A stretch of DNA of 64,000 bases from a virus: positions 1,094 through 65,093 of IMG/VR virus record IMGVR_UViG_2936028420_000001, one strand, 5' to 3'. Both the position numbers and the translations under genes were made by a program. Every line of letters starts with the position of its first letter. The stretch's first letter is position 1. Below the pieces are notes generated by a model. That model had not been told where the DNA came from, did not search any database, and saw only the letters and a list, made by a program, of their open reading frames with translations. This document shows, piece by piece, positions 42,535 through 52,786 of this stretch.

Positions 42535-43827
42535 CTACCCGACCAGCTGGCCGCGGGCCTTCCGCATGTTCTCGATCACGCCCGACCGATTAGAGCCTTG
42601 CGGCTTCGGCTGGACGGCATCAGGGACAGGCGCGGAGGGGCGCGATGGCTGGTTGGGGATGGCCGCACGGCGCGTGTCGCGATTGACGTTCACCTCGACG
42701 CGAGGTGCTTCGCGACGCTGTTCGCGCTGCTGTGCAGCCGGCTTCGGTCCAACGCCGCGCCAAGTCTCGAACCGGGTCTTTGCCGTCTTGAGCATCGATT
42801 CCGGATCGGAAACCTTGGCCCCGTGGACACGATAGAACTGATGCCATTCGGCGATCGTCTTCATGTCCGTGGGAACTTTGTCGGCGTCGACCACTCCGAG
42901 TGCCGCGATCTCCTCGCGCTGAATCTGGTAGAGCTCATCGCGCATCCAGCGTTCGGTACGAGGATCCTTGAACTCGGGGTTCTGATCCACGAAAGCTTTG
43001 GTCGACGCCTGGGCATTGAGCGCGTCCTTCTGGACGAGCCGCTTGATTTGGCGCTGATCTGCGTTTTCGTCGGATGCCGTTGCAATCACCTGACGGAGCT
43101 TGCCGGCGGCTTCCTTGGGATCACCGAACTGGATTTCCTCGATAGCTTGCACAAGGGGATCGGGGCGTTGATCTCCCTCGGTTGCTAAATCGCGATCCAG
43201 TCCGTCGTCTTGCGTGTTGGTTCGGCCCTCGGGGCGGTGAGGGTCCACGCCGTCACGCTCGGCGTTGTTTCGTTTGACGGAGCGGGCCTGCTCGAGCAGG
43301 TCGCGGCTTTCCGCCAGATAGCTGTCGGCGGCTTCCACCTTGGAGGCGCGCTCGAGCAGCTCGGCATCGGTCAGGTGAAGCACCTTGCCGCGCACCGTGA
43401 TGGTGTGCTTGCGCTCCTCGGCCTGCGGCTGCGGCTCGGTGCGCGCCTGCGGCTCAGGTTGGGGTTCGGGCTCAGGCTCCGGCTCGGCTTCGCGACCAAA
43501 CTTCCCGTACTGCATCTCCGGGTCGTTCGGGTTGCCGTTGTAGGGCACGTTGCCCTCATCGTCGCGCTTGAAGCGCTTGGCGAACTCGGCGCGCTTCTGA
43601 TCGGCCGGCGACATATGGACCGGCTTGATGCGTCCGCGCGGCTCGTCGCTGTCCTCTTGCTCGATCTGGCGCGGGGCCGGATCGCCGCCGAGTTCTTCGG
43701 TGCCGTCATTGATCGGCGTCTGGCGCGGATCGGAGCCGAGATCGTTGCCCGCTTCGTCGCGGACGTTGCGGCCGCGCGCTTCGGCTTCCTGCTCGGCCTT
43801 TGACGGCGTTCGGTTGTTGAAGGTCAT
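42535..43827 (-). CDS. Scaffold protein
   Basis: Charged, helical/disordered, directly upstream of capsid. Confidence 0.7.
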   Translation of the reverse strand: MTFNNRTPSKAEQEAEARGRNVRDEAGNDLGSDPRQTPINDGTEELGGDPAPRQIEQEDSDEPRGRIKPVHMSPADQKRAEFAKRFKRDDEGNVPYNGNPNDPEMQYGKFGREAEPEPEPEPQPEPQARTEPQPQAEERKHTITVRGKVLHLTDAELLERASKVEAADSYLAESRDLLEQARSVKRNNAERDGVDPHRPEGRTNTQDDGLDRDLATEGDQRPDPLVQAIEEIQFGDPKEAAGKLRQVIATASDENADQRQIKRLVQKDALNAQASTKAFVDQNPEFKDPRTERWMRDELYQIQREEIAALGVVDADKVPTDMKTIAEWHQFYRVHGAKVSDPESMLKTAKTRFETWRGVGPKPAAQQREQRREAPRVEVNVNRDTRRAAIPNQPSRPSAPVPDAVQPKPQGSNRSGVIENMRKARGQLVG

Positions 43828-44204
43828 GCGTCGTGTCCCTGTTCATTCACGCCAAGCGCGCGGGCTTCTTCCGCGACTTCCGGCGATAGGAGGAGGTTGG
43901 AAAATTCGATGCGCTCGGCTTCATCGATGCGCCGATCGGCCTCGATGCCTTCGTTGATGATCTCCTGGCACCACGCCACGAGATCGTCGTAACGACGGAC
44001 TTCGTTCTGGTATCCACGGATCAGCGTCACGTCGGCCGGGTCCGCGTAGACCAGTGAGTTCATGGCGAGCGCGGCTTGCTCGCGCGCCTTGCTCAGGATC
44101 GTGACCATCGGTCGGAGCCCAGCGCTCTTGTCGAGTTGAACTTGCAGTTCAGCGGAGCGCTCAATAGCTCGCAGAACCGCAAGCCTTTCGGCTGCAGTTG
44201 CCAT
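43824..44204 (-). CDS. Hypothetical head-region helical protein
   Basis: 126 aa, coupled to scaffold. Confidence 0.65.
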   Translation of the reverse strand: MATAAERLAVLRAIERSAELQVQLDKSAGLRPMVTILSKAREQAALAMNSLVYADPADVTLIRGYQNEVRRYDDLVAWCQEIINEGIEADRRIDEAERIEFSNLLLSPEVAEEARALGVNEQGHDA

Positions 44205-44264
44205 TCCTCAGATGTCCTTGTGTTAGTTAATCCGAGCGATTCGCTGCGTCGCTTGCTGGCGTCA

Positions 44265-45215
44265 TCATTGCGAGCAGTATTCCGTAATTATGACTGTGCC
44301 GCTTGCGCCAGCTCCGCCCGCGGCATTGGATGCCGCCGCCGCGACATAGGCTCCTGAACCGCCACTTCCTTTTCCTGTCGCAGCCACTCCGGAATTTGCG
44401 CCAGCGCCCCAGACGCCCGGCGCGCCGCCGCCAAACGTCGATGAACCACCACACCCGCTTGGCGCCTGGATATTGCTGGCTGTACCGTTGTAAAAACCAT
44501 TGCCGCCGGGCGCTCCTGGGATCGCGAGATCACCTGTACCTGCAATGCCGCCGGCGCCTCCTTGGCCTACCAAAGCATTACTGCCGGCCGTGCCGCCGCT
44601 GCCCCCTTTGGCAATGCACAGAGATCCAACGCTGGTATCTCCACCCGCTGAACCGTTATTTGCGCCAGACGCTCCACCAGAACCAGCGGGCCCGATCGTC
44701 ACAGCTTGAGACGCGCCGATAGTCGCGGCCGACGCAGTTTTTTTGGAGTAACCGCCGGAGGCGCCACCGCCCGCACCAAAATAACCCGTCGCGGCACCTG
44801 CTACCCCGCCGCCGCCGCCACCACCGCCCACACATTCGATGACGCAGTAGAGCATCCCGGCGCTGGGCGTGTAGGTTCCGTTCGCTGCGAATACTTGTGT
44901 TCTGACAGCGGCAACAAATGGCGCCGCGGTGTCGAACACCACGATCTGCGGCGGATTAGTGAAGCTGATCTTGGCGGTATCGCCGTTCGAGTTGGCCGCG
45001 ACCGCGGTACGTGCGAAGGTGCCGCTGGCGGAAGTGTAAGCGCCGCTGCCAATTTCCCATTGCACCATGTCGAGCGACTGCGCGTAATAGACGTAGACTG
45101 CGCCATTGACCGCGCCAGCCGCCGCCGGGCTCTGCATGTCGATGGTCGGGCCTGGGTAGACAAAATCGCCGGTGCCGCCGGAGGCGTTCGTGAAGCGGAT
45201 AGGGCCGCGAAGCAT
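44265..45215 (-). CDS. Glycine-rich domain virion protein
   Basis: VGGGGGGG...GGGASGG...GASGTVIITEY. Confidence 0.7.
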   Translation of the reverse strand: MLRGPIRFTNASGGTGDFVYPGPTIDMQSPAAAGAVNGAVYVYYAQSLDMVQWEIGSGAYTSASGTFARTAVAANSNGDTAKISFTNPPQIVVFDTAAPFVAAVRTQVFAANGTYTPSAGMLYCVIECVGGGGGGGGVAGAATGYFGAGGGASGGYSKKTASAATIGASQAVTIGPAGSGGASGANNGSAGGDTSVGSLCIAKGGSGGTAGSNALVGQGGAGGIAGTGDLAIPGAPGGNGFYNGTASNIQAPSGCGGSSTFGGGAPGVWGAGANSGVAATGKGSGGSGAYVAAAASNAAGGAGASGTVIITEYCSQ

Positions 45216-45218
45216 GGG

Positions 45219-47573
45219 CTAGATGCCGCCCGGCGCCGGTGGCGCACCCATTGCGGAAGCTATCCCGCTCAGGTCCGGCACCGGTGGCGCACCGCTTCCA
45301 CCCTGATCCGGAAGCGGTTGACCATCGGGGCCGGCCGGCGGCTGGATCGGCGTGCCATCGGGGTTGAGGCCCTGGGCGGCCTTCTTGCGATCGGCGATGG
45401 CGTGGCCGTGCTGGTGGCCCATGTCGTGGGCCCGTCCGACCTGATCGACGTGATCGATATGCATCTGGAATTCCTGCTCGATCTTGAGCAGTTCGAGCTC
45501 CTTGATGTCGATGCCGACCTTGGCGGCGCCGGACAGCGCGTCGATGATGGCCTTTTTCGCCAGCGCCTTGTTCTTCTCGGTCTCGGACTTCATCTTTTCA
45601 ATTTCGGGCTGCTGCTTCGGATCCTGCTGCTTGCCCTGACCTTCCTTGACGAAGCGCGAGCCGCCGTCGCGATAGCCGGCGGCGCCGAACACTTCCTCCA
45701 TAACGGCATCGCCGTTGATCTGCTTCTTGCCGGAGAGGAAATCCGGGTCCATCTGCAAGAGCGGCAGCGCGACCTGTATGGCGCTGTTGAACTTGGCCAG
45801 CCGCTGCTGCGGATCACCGGCGCCGAGGCCGATGTTCACGCGGAGAGTCACCTGATTTTCGAGAAGCTCGTTGCTGATCTCGTTGATGCCGTACTTCTGC
45901 ATCAGCTTGGCCTTCTCGCCGGCAATGCCGAGGATCAGCGGATCGCTCTCGTAGAACTGCTCCAGGCGGACGATCTGCGCCAGCACGGGCTCGCACCACG
46001 TCTCGATCCAGATGCGGATGTCGAATTCCTGCACGGCGTTGGCGGCGCCGGCGGCGAGCTTCAGGCCGCCCAGCGTCTTGCCGAGCGCGTTGTTGTTCTC
46101 GACCGTGCCGTAATTCTGCTGGCCGGCGAGGTCGTCGAAGTCGATGTCGAGGGCCTGCTTCATGGCCTGCACGGAGGCGGGGACGTCCGGCGGACGCTCC
46201 CATGTCACGTCGTCCTTGGCCGTGACCATGATCGAGGAGCCCTGGCCGCGGCGCTTCAGCTGGTCGAGGTCGACCTGCCGGCCACGCACCACCTTGGTAA
46301 CGGGCATCACGTTCTGCTTCACCGCGTCCAGCGACAGGTTGCGCAGGTCGTTCATTTCGAGTTGCAGCGGCTGCCAGCTGGCGGCGTTCGACATCGGGAA
46401 GATGCGATGCGACTCGAAGGAGCCATAGCCGAGCACCAGGGGGCGCTCGCCGAACTGCTCCGGATAGACTTCAGCGACCGGTCGCGGGTCGGTCAGCATC
46501 CACTTGTCGCCGACCGAGAGGAACGTCCAATCCTCCCCGGCGGTCCGGATGAAGGTCTCGTAGACCCAAATCAGATCGAAGTTGCGGTCGCTCTGCTGCT
46601 CGTCGCCGAGCCGGTCGAGGCCCTGCTCACGCGCGCGGCGGATCGCCTGCATGTCGAACTTGCCCTTCTCGCCGGCGCCGCGCAGTTGCGATTCCGTGAG
46701 CGCGTTCCAAGGCTGGCGCGGGTCTTTCTGCTTGCGGCGGATTTCGTCGATCCGCATCGGCCACTTGATGATGATGTAGGCCGCGTCCTGGGCCGGGTTG
46801 GTCCAGTTGGCGGCGGCATCGATCACGAAGTTCTCGGGCGGGATCAACTCGGAATCCGGCCGGTCAATGAAGGGCGTCCAGACGTCGCGCTGGCGCTCCT
46901 CGCCGGTCTCGTCGTCCGTCACCGTCTCGCTCGAGGAGCGCTTGAGCTCAAGCTTCCATGACTGCTTGGACAGGCAGATGCCGGTCAGCACCGAGTCCTG
47001 CCGCGCGCCGAGCGCGACGTGGAACCACGGAATCGAGGCTTTGCCGCTGGAGCGGTCGGTCCGGTAGTTCACGAGCTCCTGAATGACCGCGGCCGATCCG
47101 CGCTGCATCGCGTCGCCTTCGTTGCCGGGTAGGACGCTCACGGCATCGATCGAGCCGAACAGCGAGGCCGCAACCGCGGCAAGATCCTTCCGGACCGCCT
47201 TGCGGGTCTGCGGCACGAACAGCTTGGAGCGGTTCAGATAGTCGTCACTCGCATACTTCGAGCCGACGAAATGCTGGTTGTGGAAGGCGCGATAGACCTG
47301 AGACCACGCCTTTTTGTTGACTTGGCTCATATAGAGCGAGGCCTGCGACTCCGCCTCCCGCACCATCTGCAGGAAGGTGGTATTGCTCGGCTTGTCCTCG
47401 AACTGATCGTCCTCGTCGTCATCCTCGCGCGCGGCGCCGTCGGTCAGCTGGTCTGTTGCCTGCTGGTAGAGGTCCGGACCATCGACAGCGGCCGACGAAG
47501 CGCGCGTCTGCGCGGAGGTGACGGTATCCTCGCCACCGCGCGGGACGGAGTTTGGATCAGCGTAATACGCCAT
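45219..47573 (-). CDS. Portal protein
   Basis: 784 aa, podoviral portal size and position after terL. Confidence 0.8.
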   Translation of the reverse strand: MAYYADPNSVPRGGEDTVTSAQTRASSAAVDGPDLYQQATDQLTDGAAREDDDEDDQFEDKPSNTTFLQMVREAESQASLYMSQVNKKAWSQVYRAFHNQHFVGSKYASDDYLNRSKLFVPQTRKAVRKDLAAVAASLFGSIDAVSVLPGNEGDAMQRGSAAVIQELVNYRTDRSSGKASIPWFHVALGARQDSVLTGICLSKQSWKLELKRSSSETVTDDETGEERQRDVWTPFIDRPDSELIPPENFVIDAAANWTNPAQDAAYIIIKWPMRIDEIRRKQKDPRQPWNALTESQLRGAGEKGKFDMQAIRRAREQGLDRLGDEQQSDRNFDLIWVYETFIRTAGEDWTFLSVGDKWMLTDPRPVAEVYPEQFGERPLVLGYGSFESHRIFPMSNAASWQPLQLEMNDLRNLSLDAVKQNVMPVTKVVRGRQVDLDQLKRRGQGSSIMVTAKDDVTWERPPDVPASVQAMKQALDIDFDDLAGQQNYGTVENNNALGKTLGGLKLAAGAANAVQEFDIRIWIETWCEPVLAQIVRLEQFYESDPLILGIAGEKAKLMQKYGINEISNELLENQVTLRVNIGLGAGDPQQRLAKFNSAIQVALPLLQMDPDFLSGKKQINGDAVMEEVFGAAGYRDGGSRFVKEGQGKQQDPKQQPEIEKMKSETEKNKALAKKAIIDALSGAAKVGIDIKELELLKIEQEFQMHIDHVDQVGRAHDMGHQHGHAIADRKKAAQGLNPDGTPIQPPAGPDGQPLPDQGGSGAPPVPDLSGIASAMGAPPAPGGI

Positions 47574-48016
47574 CAGCGACGAGCCTTGCCGGCGTCGGCG
47601 AAGTCAGAAAGGTGTTTCTGATCGCGCGCCTTGATGAAAGACATCACATCGAACCCCTTGCGCGGCAGGTTCATGCGTTCGAGCAATTCGCCGCCGCCGT
47701 CGATCACCAGCTTGGGGCTCAGATCGCTCCAATCGCCGAGCTTGATGAGGTATCGCAACGTCTCGCCCATCAGTACGGGGATCGAGAAATAGACGATGCC
47801 CTGCTGCGCGTTCGAGACGGCGTGCCACGGATAGCCCGGGAAATGGTGGTTCAGGATCTCCATGATCCGGCCGGCCACGAAGGCGTCGAAATTGCGGTGC
47901 GGGTCGAGCGATCCGTCGAGCGGCGGCACGTACATCAGCCGCGTCTGCATCTGGCGGTCGGCGTCGCGCTGCTGCACCTCGGCGCGCACCAGCTGCGGCA
48001 CGTCGAGCGTCCTCAT
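47573..48016 (-). CDS. Conserved phage protein upstream of portal
   Basis: HFPGYPWH...GGGELLERMNLPR; ATGA overlap. Confidence 0.65.
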   Translation of the reverse strand: MRTLDVPQLVRAEVQQRDADRQMQTRLMYVPPLDGSLDPHRNFDAFVAGRIMEILNHHFPGYPWHAVSNAQQGIVYFSIPVLMGETLRYLIKLGDWSDLSPKLVIDGGGELLERMNLPRKGFDVMSFIKARDQKHLSDFADAGKARR

Positions 48017-48192
48017 GATGCGTACGGCCCCTGCGTGGCGTTGTTCTCGCGGAACACGCGGCCGTTGGAAAACTCGTAGAACACCTCGCGGCGCTTGGCC
48101 TGCTCGAAGTCTGGATCGGCGCGCACGATCAGGGTTTTGAACGGCACCTCGAGGGATTTCACCCTGGTCGGCGGATTGTATGGCGTGGTCAT
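48013..48192 (-). CDS. Hypothetical protein
   Basis: ATGA overlaps. Confidence 0.55.
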   Translation of the reverse strand: MTTPYNPPTRVKSLEVPFKTLIVRADPDFEQAKRREVFYEFSNGRVFRENNATQGPYAS

Positions 48193-48422
48193 TTGGCCTG
48201 TCCGTTGTGGGAGACAAGTTCGGTCACCGGCATTTCCACCACCGCCTGACAGGCGGGGCATTTCACCGGGACGGTGCTGGCGGGGTCGTCGAGATCGCCG
48301 TCCGATCGCACGCCGTCCGAGATCGGAAACAGCATCTGGCAACCGCACTCGCACTCGATAGGCGTGCATTCGTTGTGCCCGCGCCCACGAAGCTGGGCCG
48401 GGATCGTCTGAAGAACTCTCAC
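48189..48422 (-). CDS. Zn-ribbon protein
   Basis: CECGC...CPACQ. Confidence 0.55.
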   Translation of the reverse strand: MRVLQTIPAQLRGRGHNECTPIECECGCQMLFPISDGVRSDGDLDDPASTVPVKCPACQAVVEMPVTELVSHNGQAK

Positions 48423-48434
48423 AGGATGGAACCC

Positions 48435-50219
48435 TCAACTATCCGGGTGGATGGTGGGCTCGGCCGCCACGGTCTCGTACATAACCGGGGCTTTCGGCTC
48501 CATGTCGTAGACGCGGCTTACCGCGTCGATCAGATCGTCATGCGGTGCGAACGGATGCAGCCGCATTTCTTCGATGAAGGCGCGCGTCAGGTCGTACAGA
48601 TCGCCGCGCTCGTCGCGATGTTTCAGTGCTGTCACGATGCGATGGGTCTGGAACGTCGCCTCGCAATAGCGTTGCTGGCGCGTCGGTCCCTGCATGCCGC
48701 GATAGATGATCGTGTCCACGGCTGGGTTGTTCACCATGCCGGACTCGGCCGCGAACTGGTGGTCCTTCTCCGACCACACATCCCACAATGATGAATTCTG
48801 GTGACCGCCACCGAAGTCCGGGTGGTAGACAACGGCCGGAATATAGAACATTCCCCGGTTAAGGTCGGGCTCCAGGCGCTCGATGCGATCGTTCTTCGAG
48901 TGCTTGCCGCTGCCGTCGCGGGAGGAATTCAACTCCTCGATCTCGAAGAAGATGCCCTCGCGCTGCATGTATTCTTCGATCACTTCGAGGTCGGTCTGCA
49001 TGCCGTATTGCTCGTACCCGACGCGCACCATCTGCACGCCCGGGTGCTCGCACCACTTGCGGTACAGCTTCTTGATGATGCCCCACCGCTCGGACAGCTT
49101 CATCCGGTGCCGGACGCCATCGAGTAGATACTTGTTCCCGGCAGCATCGAGGCCGACCACCGCGATTGCAGTGCGGTCCGACCGGGCCCCGCGCCCCTTT
49201 GACGGGTCGCAGAGGATGTAGACGTTGAGCACCGCCGGGATGATGTCGTAATGCCGCAGCATTCGCGTCCGGAAGGTGCTCTCGGTGCCCGCGAGCGGGT
49301 TGAGCAGCATCTGAGCGTTGACGGTCGACTGCTGGGCGGTCTTGACGTCATCCCATTTGTCTTGCGTCAGGAACACCGGCAGGCCCTTCAGGGTGCCGTC
49401 GATGGTCGCCGCGTAGCGCCGCTCCTTGAGCGATCCCCGATCGATCAGGACGCCATAGGTGTCCGCGAAGGAATAGCGCGTGCCCCAATGCCACTTCCTC
49501 GTCCGCTTGGACGTGCCGAGGTTGTCCGAAAGCTCCCAGGCGATGGTCACCTTCTGGATCATCTCGGGATTGCCGACGAGCTTCTCGGTCACGAGGTCGT
49601 CGTAGTCGAGCAGATCGAAGTGGCGCCCGGTCGGCATGCCGTCGACCAGCCCGTAGGCTTCGAGCGTACACTCCTTCGGGTTGCCCCGGCGCTTGACCGT
49701 GATCCCCTCTTTCTCGGACCACTTCGGCGATTCCGTCCGCGGGTTCTGGTAGAACACATCGGAATGAGTGCGCTTCAGATCGTCGTTGGCCTCAAGCTCC
49801 ATCTTGATCTGCTTGAGGAACGGCTTGGCGACGTCATCCTTGCAGGACAGCACCGCGATCTTGATCTCCGGATCGACGATGATCTCTTGGATGATCCCGG
49901 CGAAGGTGCCGATGGTCGACTTGTAGTGATAGCGGGCCCACAGATCGAGGTGACCATCAGGATCGGCCTCGACTTCCCGGCATCGCTCGAACAGCCATGG
50001 GTGGAGCGCATCCTTGCGATGCAGCGTCGACACCAGAAGATAGTAGCGGTCGTTGGCGTTGAGGAGCGCCCGGCCGGTCTCGTCGATCAGTCCCTCGACT
50101 TCCTCGTAAAAATCAAGCGTACCATCGAAATCCAAGAATGGGAGCTTCGTGGTAATGAAGTGCCCCAGCCAATCGTTTCCGCTATTCATGTAGCGTGTGC
50201 CGCGAAGCTCCTTCGGCAT
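48435..50219 (-). CDS. terL: Terminase large subunit
   Basis: ARYHYKST Walker A-like, DYDDL Walker B, nuclease CDPS and HDDLIDA. Confidence 0.9.
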   Translation of the reverse strand: MPKELRGTRYMNSGNDWLGHFITTKLPFLDFDGTLDFYEEVEGLIDETGRALLNANDRYYLLVSTLHRKDALHPWLFERCREVEADPDGHLDLWARYHYKSTIGTFAGIIQEIIVDPEIKIAVLSCKDDVAKPFLKQIKMELEANDDLKRTHSDVFYQNPRTESPKWSEKEGITVKRRGNPKECTLEAYGLVDGMPTGRHFDLLDYDDLVTEKLVGNPEMIQKVTIAWELSDNLGTSKRTRKWHWGTRYSFADTYGVLIDRGSLKERRYAATIDGTLKGLPVFLTQDKWDDVKTAQQSTVNAQMLLNPLAGTESTFRTRMLRHYDIIPAVLNVYILCDPSKGRGARSDRTAIAVVGLDAAGNKYLLDGVRHRMKLSERWGIIKKLYRKWCEHPGVQMVRVGYEQYGMQTDLEVIEEYMQREGIFFEIEELNSSRDGSGKHSKNDRIERLEPDLNRGMFYIPAVVYHPDFGGGHQNSSLWDVWSEKDHQFAAESGMVNNPAVDTIIYRGMQGPTRQQRYCEATFQTHRIVTALKHRDERGDLYDLTRAFIEEMRLHPFAPHDDLIDAVSRVYDMEPKAPVMYETVAAEPTIHPDS

Positions 50220-50710
50220 CAGGCCGCACGCGCAAACTCGCCAAAGTTGGCAAGAGCCGCCAACTGATATGAGGCAGCGGCTTCCTCTGCGGAATCGAAC
50301 CGACCTAGCCGCTTGGTTCGTCCATCAATATGGATGAATGCCTGCCATCGGCAGCTCTCCGCGTCCCATGAAACGCCCTTAAAGCCGGATGAGTTATTGC
50401 AGGCCAGTTTCGAGTTGGCGCCGTTCTGGGAACTATTGGCGTCGCGAAGATTGACCCAGCGATTGTTGGACTTGTCGGTGTCCTCGTGATCAATCAATCC
50501 TATCGGCCATTCGCCCGTCATATAGAAGAACGCCAATCGATGAGCGAGAAACAGCCGCCCCCCAACGCTGATCATCACGTACCCGCGATGATTTTTATGG
50601 CCCGCGACATTGCCGGCAACGGCGCGACGATACGATCGCCGCCATCTAAATATGCCAGTTACATGGTCGTAGTGCAGAACTTCGAGAAGATGCTCGTGGG
50701 TCAGCTTCAT
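50219..50710 (-). CDS. HNH-AP2 homing endonuclease
   Basis: AHRLAF...IDHEDTDKSNNRWVNLR; SGFKGV...LGRF. Confidence 0.9.
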   Translation of the reverse strand: MKLTHEHLLEVLHYDHVTGIFRWRRSYRRAVAGNVAGHKNHRGYVMISVGGRLFLAHRLAFFYMTGEWPIGLIDHEDTDKSNNRWVNLRDANSSQNGANSKLACNNSSGFKGVSWDAESCRWQAFIHIDGRTKRLGRFDSAEEAAASYQLAALANFGEFARAA

Positions 50711-50907
50711 TTTTGGCGCCTAAAGAGTGCTGAAATGGAGAGTCGCCATTGCCCGCACCAGCCGGCGGCGGCCATCGGCGGCCTGATCCACTGCACGGCA
50801 TTGTCGACCACCTCTCCGCGCGGCGGCAGCAGACCACACCAGTAAAATTCCTTGCCGTCGCCATCCTTGGCCGGCACCGCGTAGCGGCAGCGCTTGCACG
50901 CTCTCAT
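50707..50907 (-). CDS. Small Cys-rich protein
   Basis: CKRCRY..WC...WCGQW. Confidence 0.6.
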   Translation of the reverse strand: MRACKRCRYAVPAKDGDGKEFYWCGLLPPRGEVVDNAVQWIRPPMAAAGWCGQWRLSISALFRRQK

Positions 50908-51551
50908 TTGACCACCTTCATACCCTGTTGCGCGCGAAACTCGCGGATCGATGTCTGCAACGGCGTGGGTGCGCGCTCGCTCCCATCGTGCTCGATGACA
51001 TTCCCGCCGATCATGCGAGGCTCCGCAGGGGTCTCCACGCCGTTGGGCATCACCAGGGTGATGTTGCTGCTTGCGCCCTTCAGCGCCTCGATCAGCTTCG
51101 CTGCCTCCTTCGGTGAGCTCTTTACCAGCCGGTCGGCATGACGCTGAATCCGGCGCGAGAGCAGGATCTGCGCCGTGAGAGATTCCCGCGTCGCTAACTC
51201 CGCCAGCGCCGCGAGAGCGATCTCAGCGAGCTTAATGGCATCAGCCTCATCCGTGGTCGCGGCCGCGAGATCGGCATCGGCGACATCTTGGATTGCGTCC
51301 TTGGCCACCTGGGCGGCCGCCACGGGGTCGTGCACCAGCTTGGAGACGTCCTTCGCCACACGCACGGCCTTGGCCGAGGCATATTTTTTCTCCGGCCAGC
51401 CCCTTGCCTGCCAACGCTGCAGGGTCGACTTTGCCATGCCGGTGAATCCAGCTTCATGCAGAACGGCGAGCACGTTGTTCAACGACGGCTTCGGGTGCGA
51501 GAGCCATGCGGCCTTCGCCTGCGCCACGGTCGGTTGCAGCTTGCTGGTCAT
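50904..51551 (-). CDS. Putative terminase small subunit
   Basis: N-terminal HTH-like (MAKSTLQRW), helical, upstream of terL. Confidence 0.5.
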   Translation of the reverse strand: MTSKLQPTVAQAKAAWLSHPKPSLNNVLAVLHEAGFTGMAKSTLQRWQARGWPEKKYASAKAVRVAKDVSKLVHDPVAAAQVAKDAIQDVADADLAAATTDEADAIKLAEIALAALAELATRESLTAQILLSRRIQRHADRLVKSSPKEAAKLIEALKGASSNITLVMPNGVETPAEPRMIGGNVIEHDGSERAPTPLQTSIREFRAQQGMKVVK

Positions 51552-52255
51552 GCGACGGGCGTTCCGAAGCTGCTCAGGTCCGGCGCCTCTTGAGGCTGCG
51601 CGGACGCGAGGGATGGCTGTTCGACCGGAGTGCCGAACGACGAAAGATCGGCCACCTCGTTTTGGCTAACCGATTGATCCGGCTGACCGGTACCGAGACG
51701 CAAAGGTTGCGCTGTCTCGGCAGGTTGACCGAACGATGAAAGGTCGGCGGGTTCGGAGGAGGGGGGCAAATCGCCGCCGAACCGCGCCATGCGCTTCCCA
51801 ATGTCAGCCATCACGCTTCCATTGAGATTACCGACTGTGCCGGCACGCGCGAAATGAGGGTTGGCCCTCATCTCCTGCGGGGTGAATTGCGCCTCAACCG
51901 GGGTTGAGGGGTCCATCTTCAACATCCGCGCAGCACGACGGGCACCGAAGTGGTGCCCGAGATAAACTTCCTGATCGTTCGCATCGCGGCCCAGGACGGA
52001 CTTCATGTCCTTGCGCAGGTCCGGCAGCGATCGCATCCAGCCATGGGTCTGCTCGGCAGGATCCTCGGAATCGCCGACACCGTACTTGGCGCGCAGATCG
52101 CCGCGCATCTGGTACATGCCGTGGATCGTCTTGCTCGAGTGCGCCCTCGGATTGAAGGAGCTCTCGCGCTCGGCGACCGCAAGCGCATAGGCCGGGTTCT
52201 CGCCGCGCTCACGGGCCGCCTGGATGATGGCGGCTCGCTGTAGCTCTGTCGTCAT
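51548..52255 (-). CDS. Lytic transglycosylase (SLT-like) protein
   Basis: AVAERESSFNP..GMYQM..YLGHHFG; C-terminal DLSSFG repeats. Confidence 0.8.
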   Translation of the reverse strand: MTTELQRAAIIQAARERGENPAYALAVAERESSFNPRAHSSKTIHGMYQMRGDLRAKYGVGDSEDPAEQTHGWMRSLPDLRKDMKSVLGRDANDQEVYLGHHFGARRAARMLKMDPSTPVEAQFTPQEMRANPHFARAGTVGNLNGSVMADIGKRMARFGGDLPPSSEPADLSSFGQPAETAQPLRLGTGQPDQSVSQNEVADLSSFGTPVEQPSLASAQPQEAPDLSSFGTPVA

Positions 52256-52257
52256 GG

Positions 52258-52533
52258 TCAGAAGCCGACCACGATCCCGGTGGCTGTGGTGCCGATCTTC
52301 AAGACCTTCTGGACCTGCATCGGGTGCCACACGCCGGCAGCGAGACCAGCTAGGATGACGCTGGCAGCGTCGGCATCGCCAACGAACTGCACCGCGACGT
52401 CACCACTGACGCCGACATAGATGCCGCGCGTGATGCCGGTGAACGTGGAGTCGGCAGCAGCGACACTGATCGCTAGCGCCGACTTGATCGACGCTGTGTC
52501 GTCGTTGAGAGCTTCGCCTGGACGAGCGGGCAT
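52258..52533 (-). CDS. Head spike base protein (RcGTA Rcc01079-like)
   Basis: TRGIYVGVSGDVAV...PMQVQKVLKIGTTATGIV. Confidence 0.7.
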   Translation of the reverse strand: MPARPGEALNDDTASIKSALAISVAAADSTFTGITRGIYVGVSGDVAVQFVGDADAASVILAGLAAGVWHPMQVQKVLKIGTTATGIVVGF

Positions 52534-52534
52534 A

Positions 52535-52786
52535 TCATTCCTCCAAATCGTCCTTGCAGACCCAAGCCTGCAAGAGACAAACAGCGCCCAGGAGCGCCCT
52601 CGTACAGAAACCGGCGCGACCAAAGCTGGTCGTGCGCTTCGGGTGCTGGAGCGCGTAGGCGATTCCGATCACTTCACCGGCGCGAGCTTTCTCGAGTAGC
52701 TCCTCAATCGCCTTCACCGCGACAGAGTTGACCTCGCCATTCGGCGGATCGGGCTCGAGGCCGGGACGGATGGGGACGATCGACAT
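52535..52786 (-). CDS. Hypothetical protein
   Basis: LEELLEKARAGEVIGIA pattern; coupled. Confidence 0.6.
   Translation of the reverse strand: MSIVPIRPGLEPDPPNGEVNSVAVKAIEELLEKARAGEVIGIAYALQHPKRTTSFGRAGFCTRALLGAVCLLQAWVCKDDLEE

Noticed and set aside
44706-46961. 751-aa plus-strand ORF, and similar long antisense ORFs (24587-26437, 20042-21211, 9428-10600, 54868-56358)
   Set aside because: Antisense shadows of GC3-rich genes; no RBS, motifs or independent codon bias.
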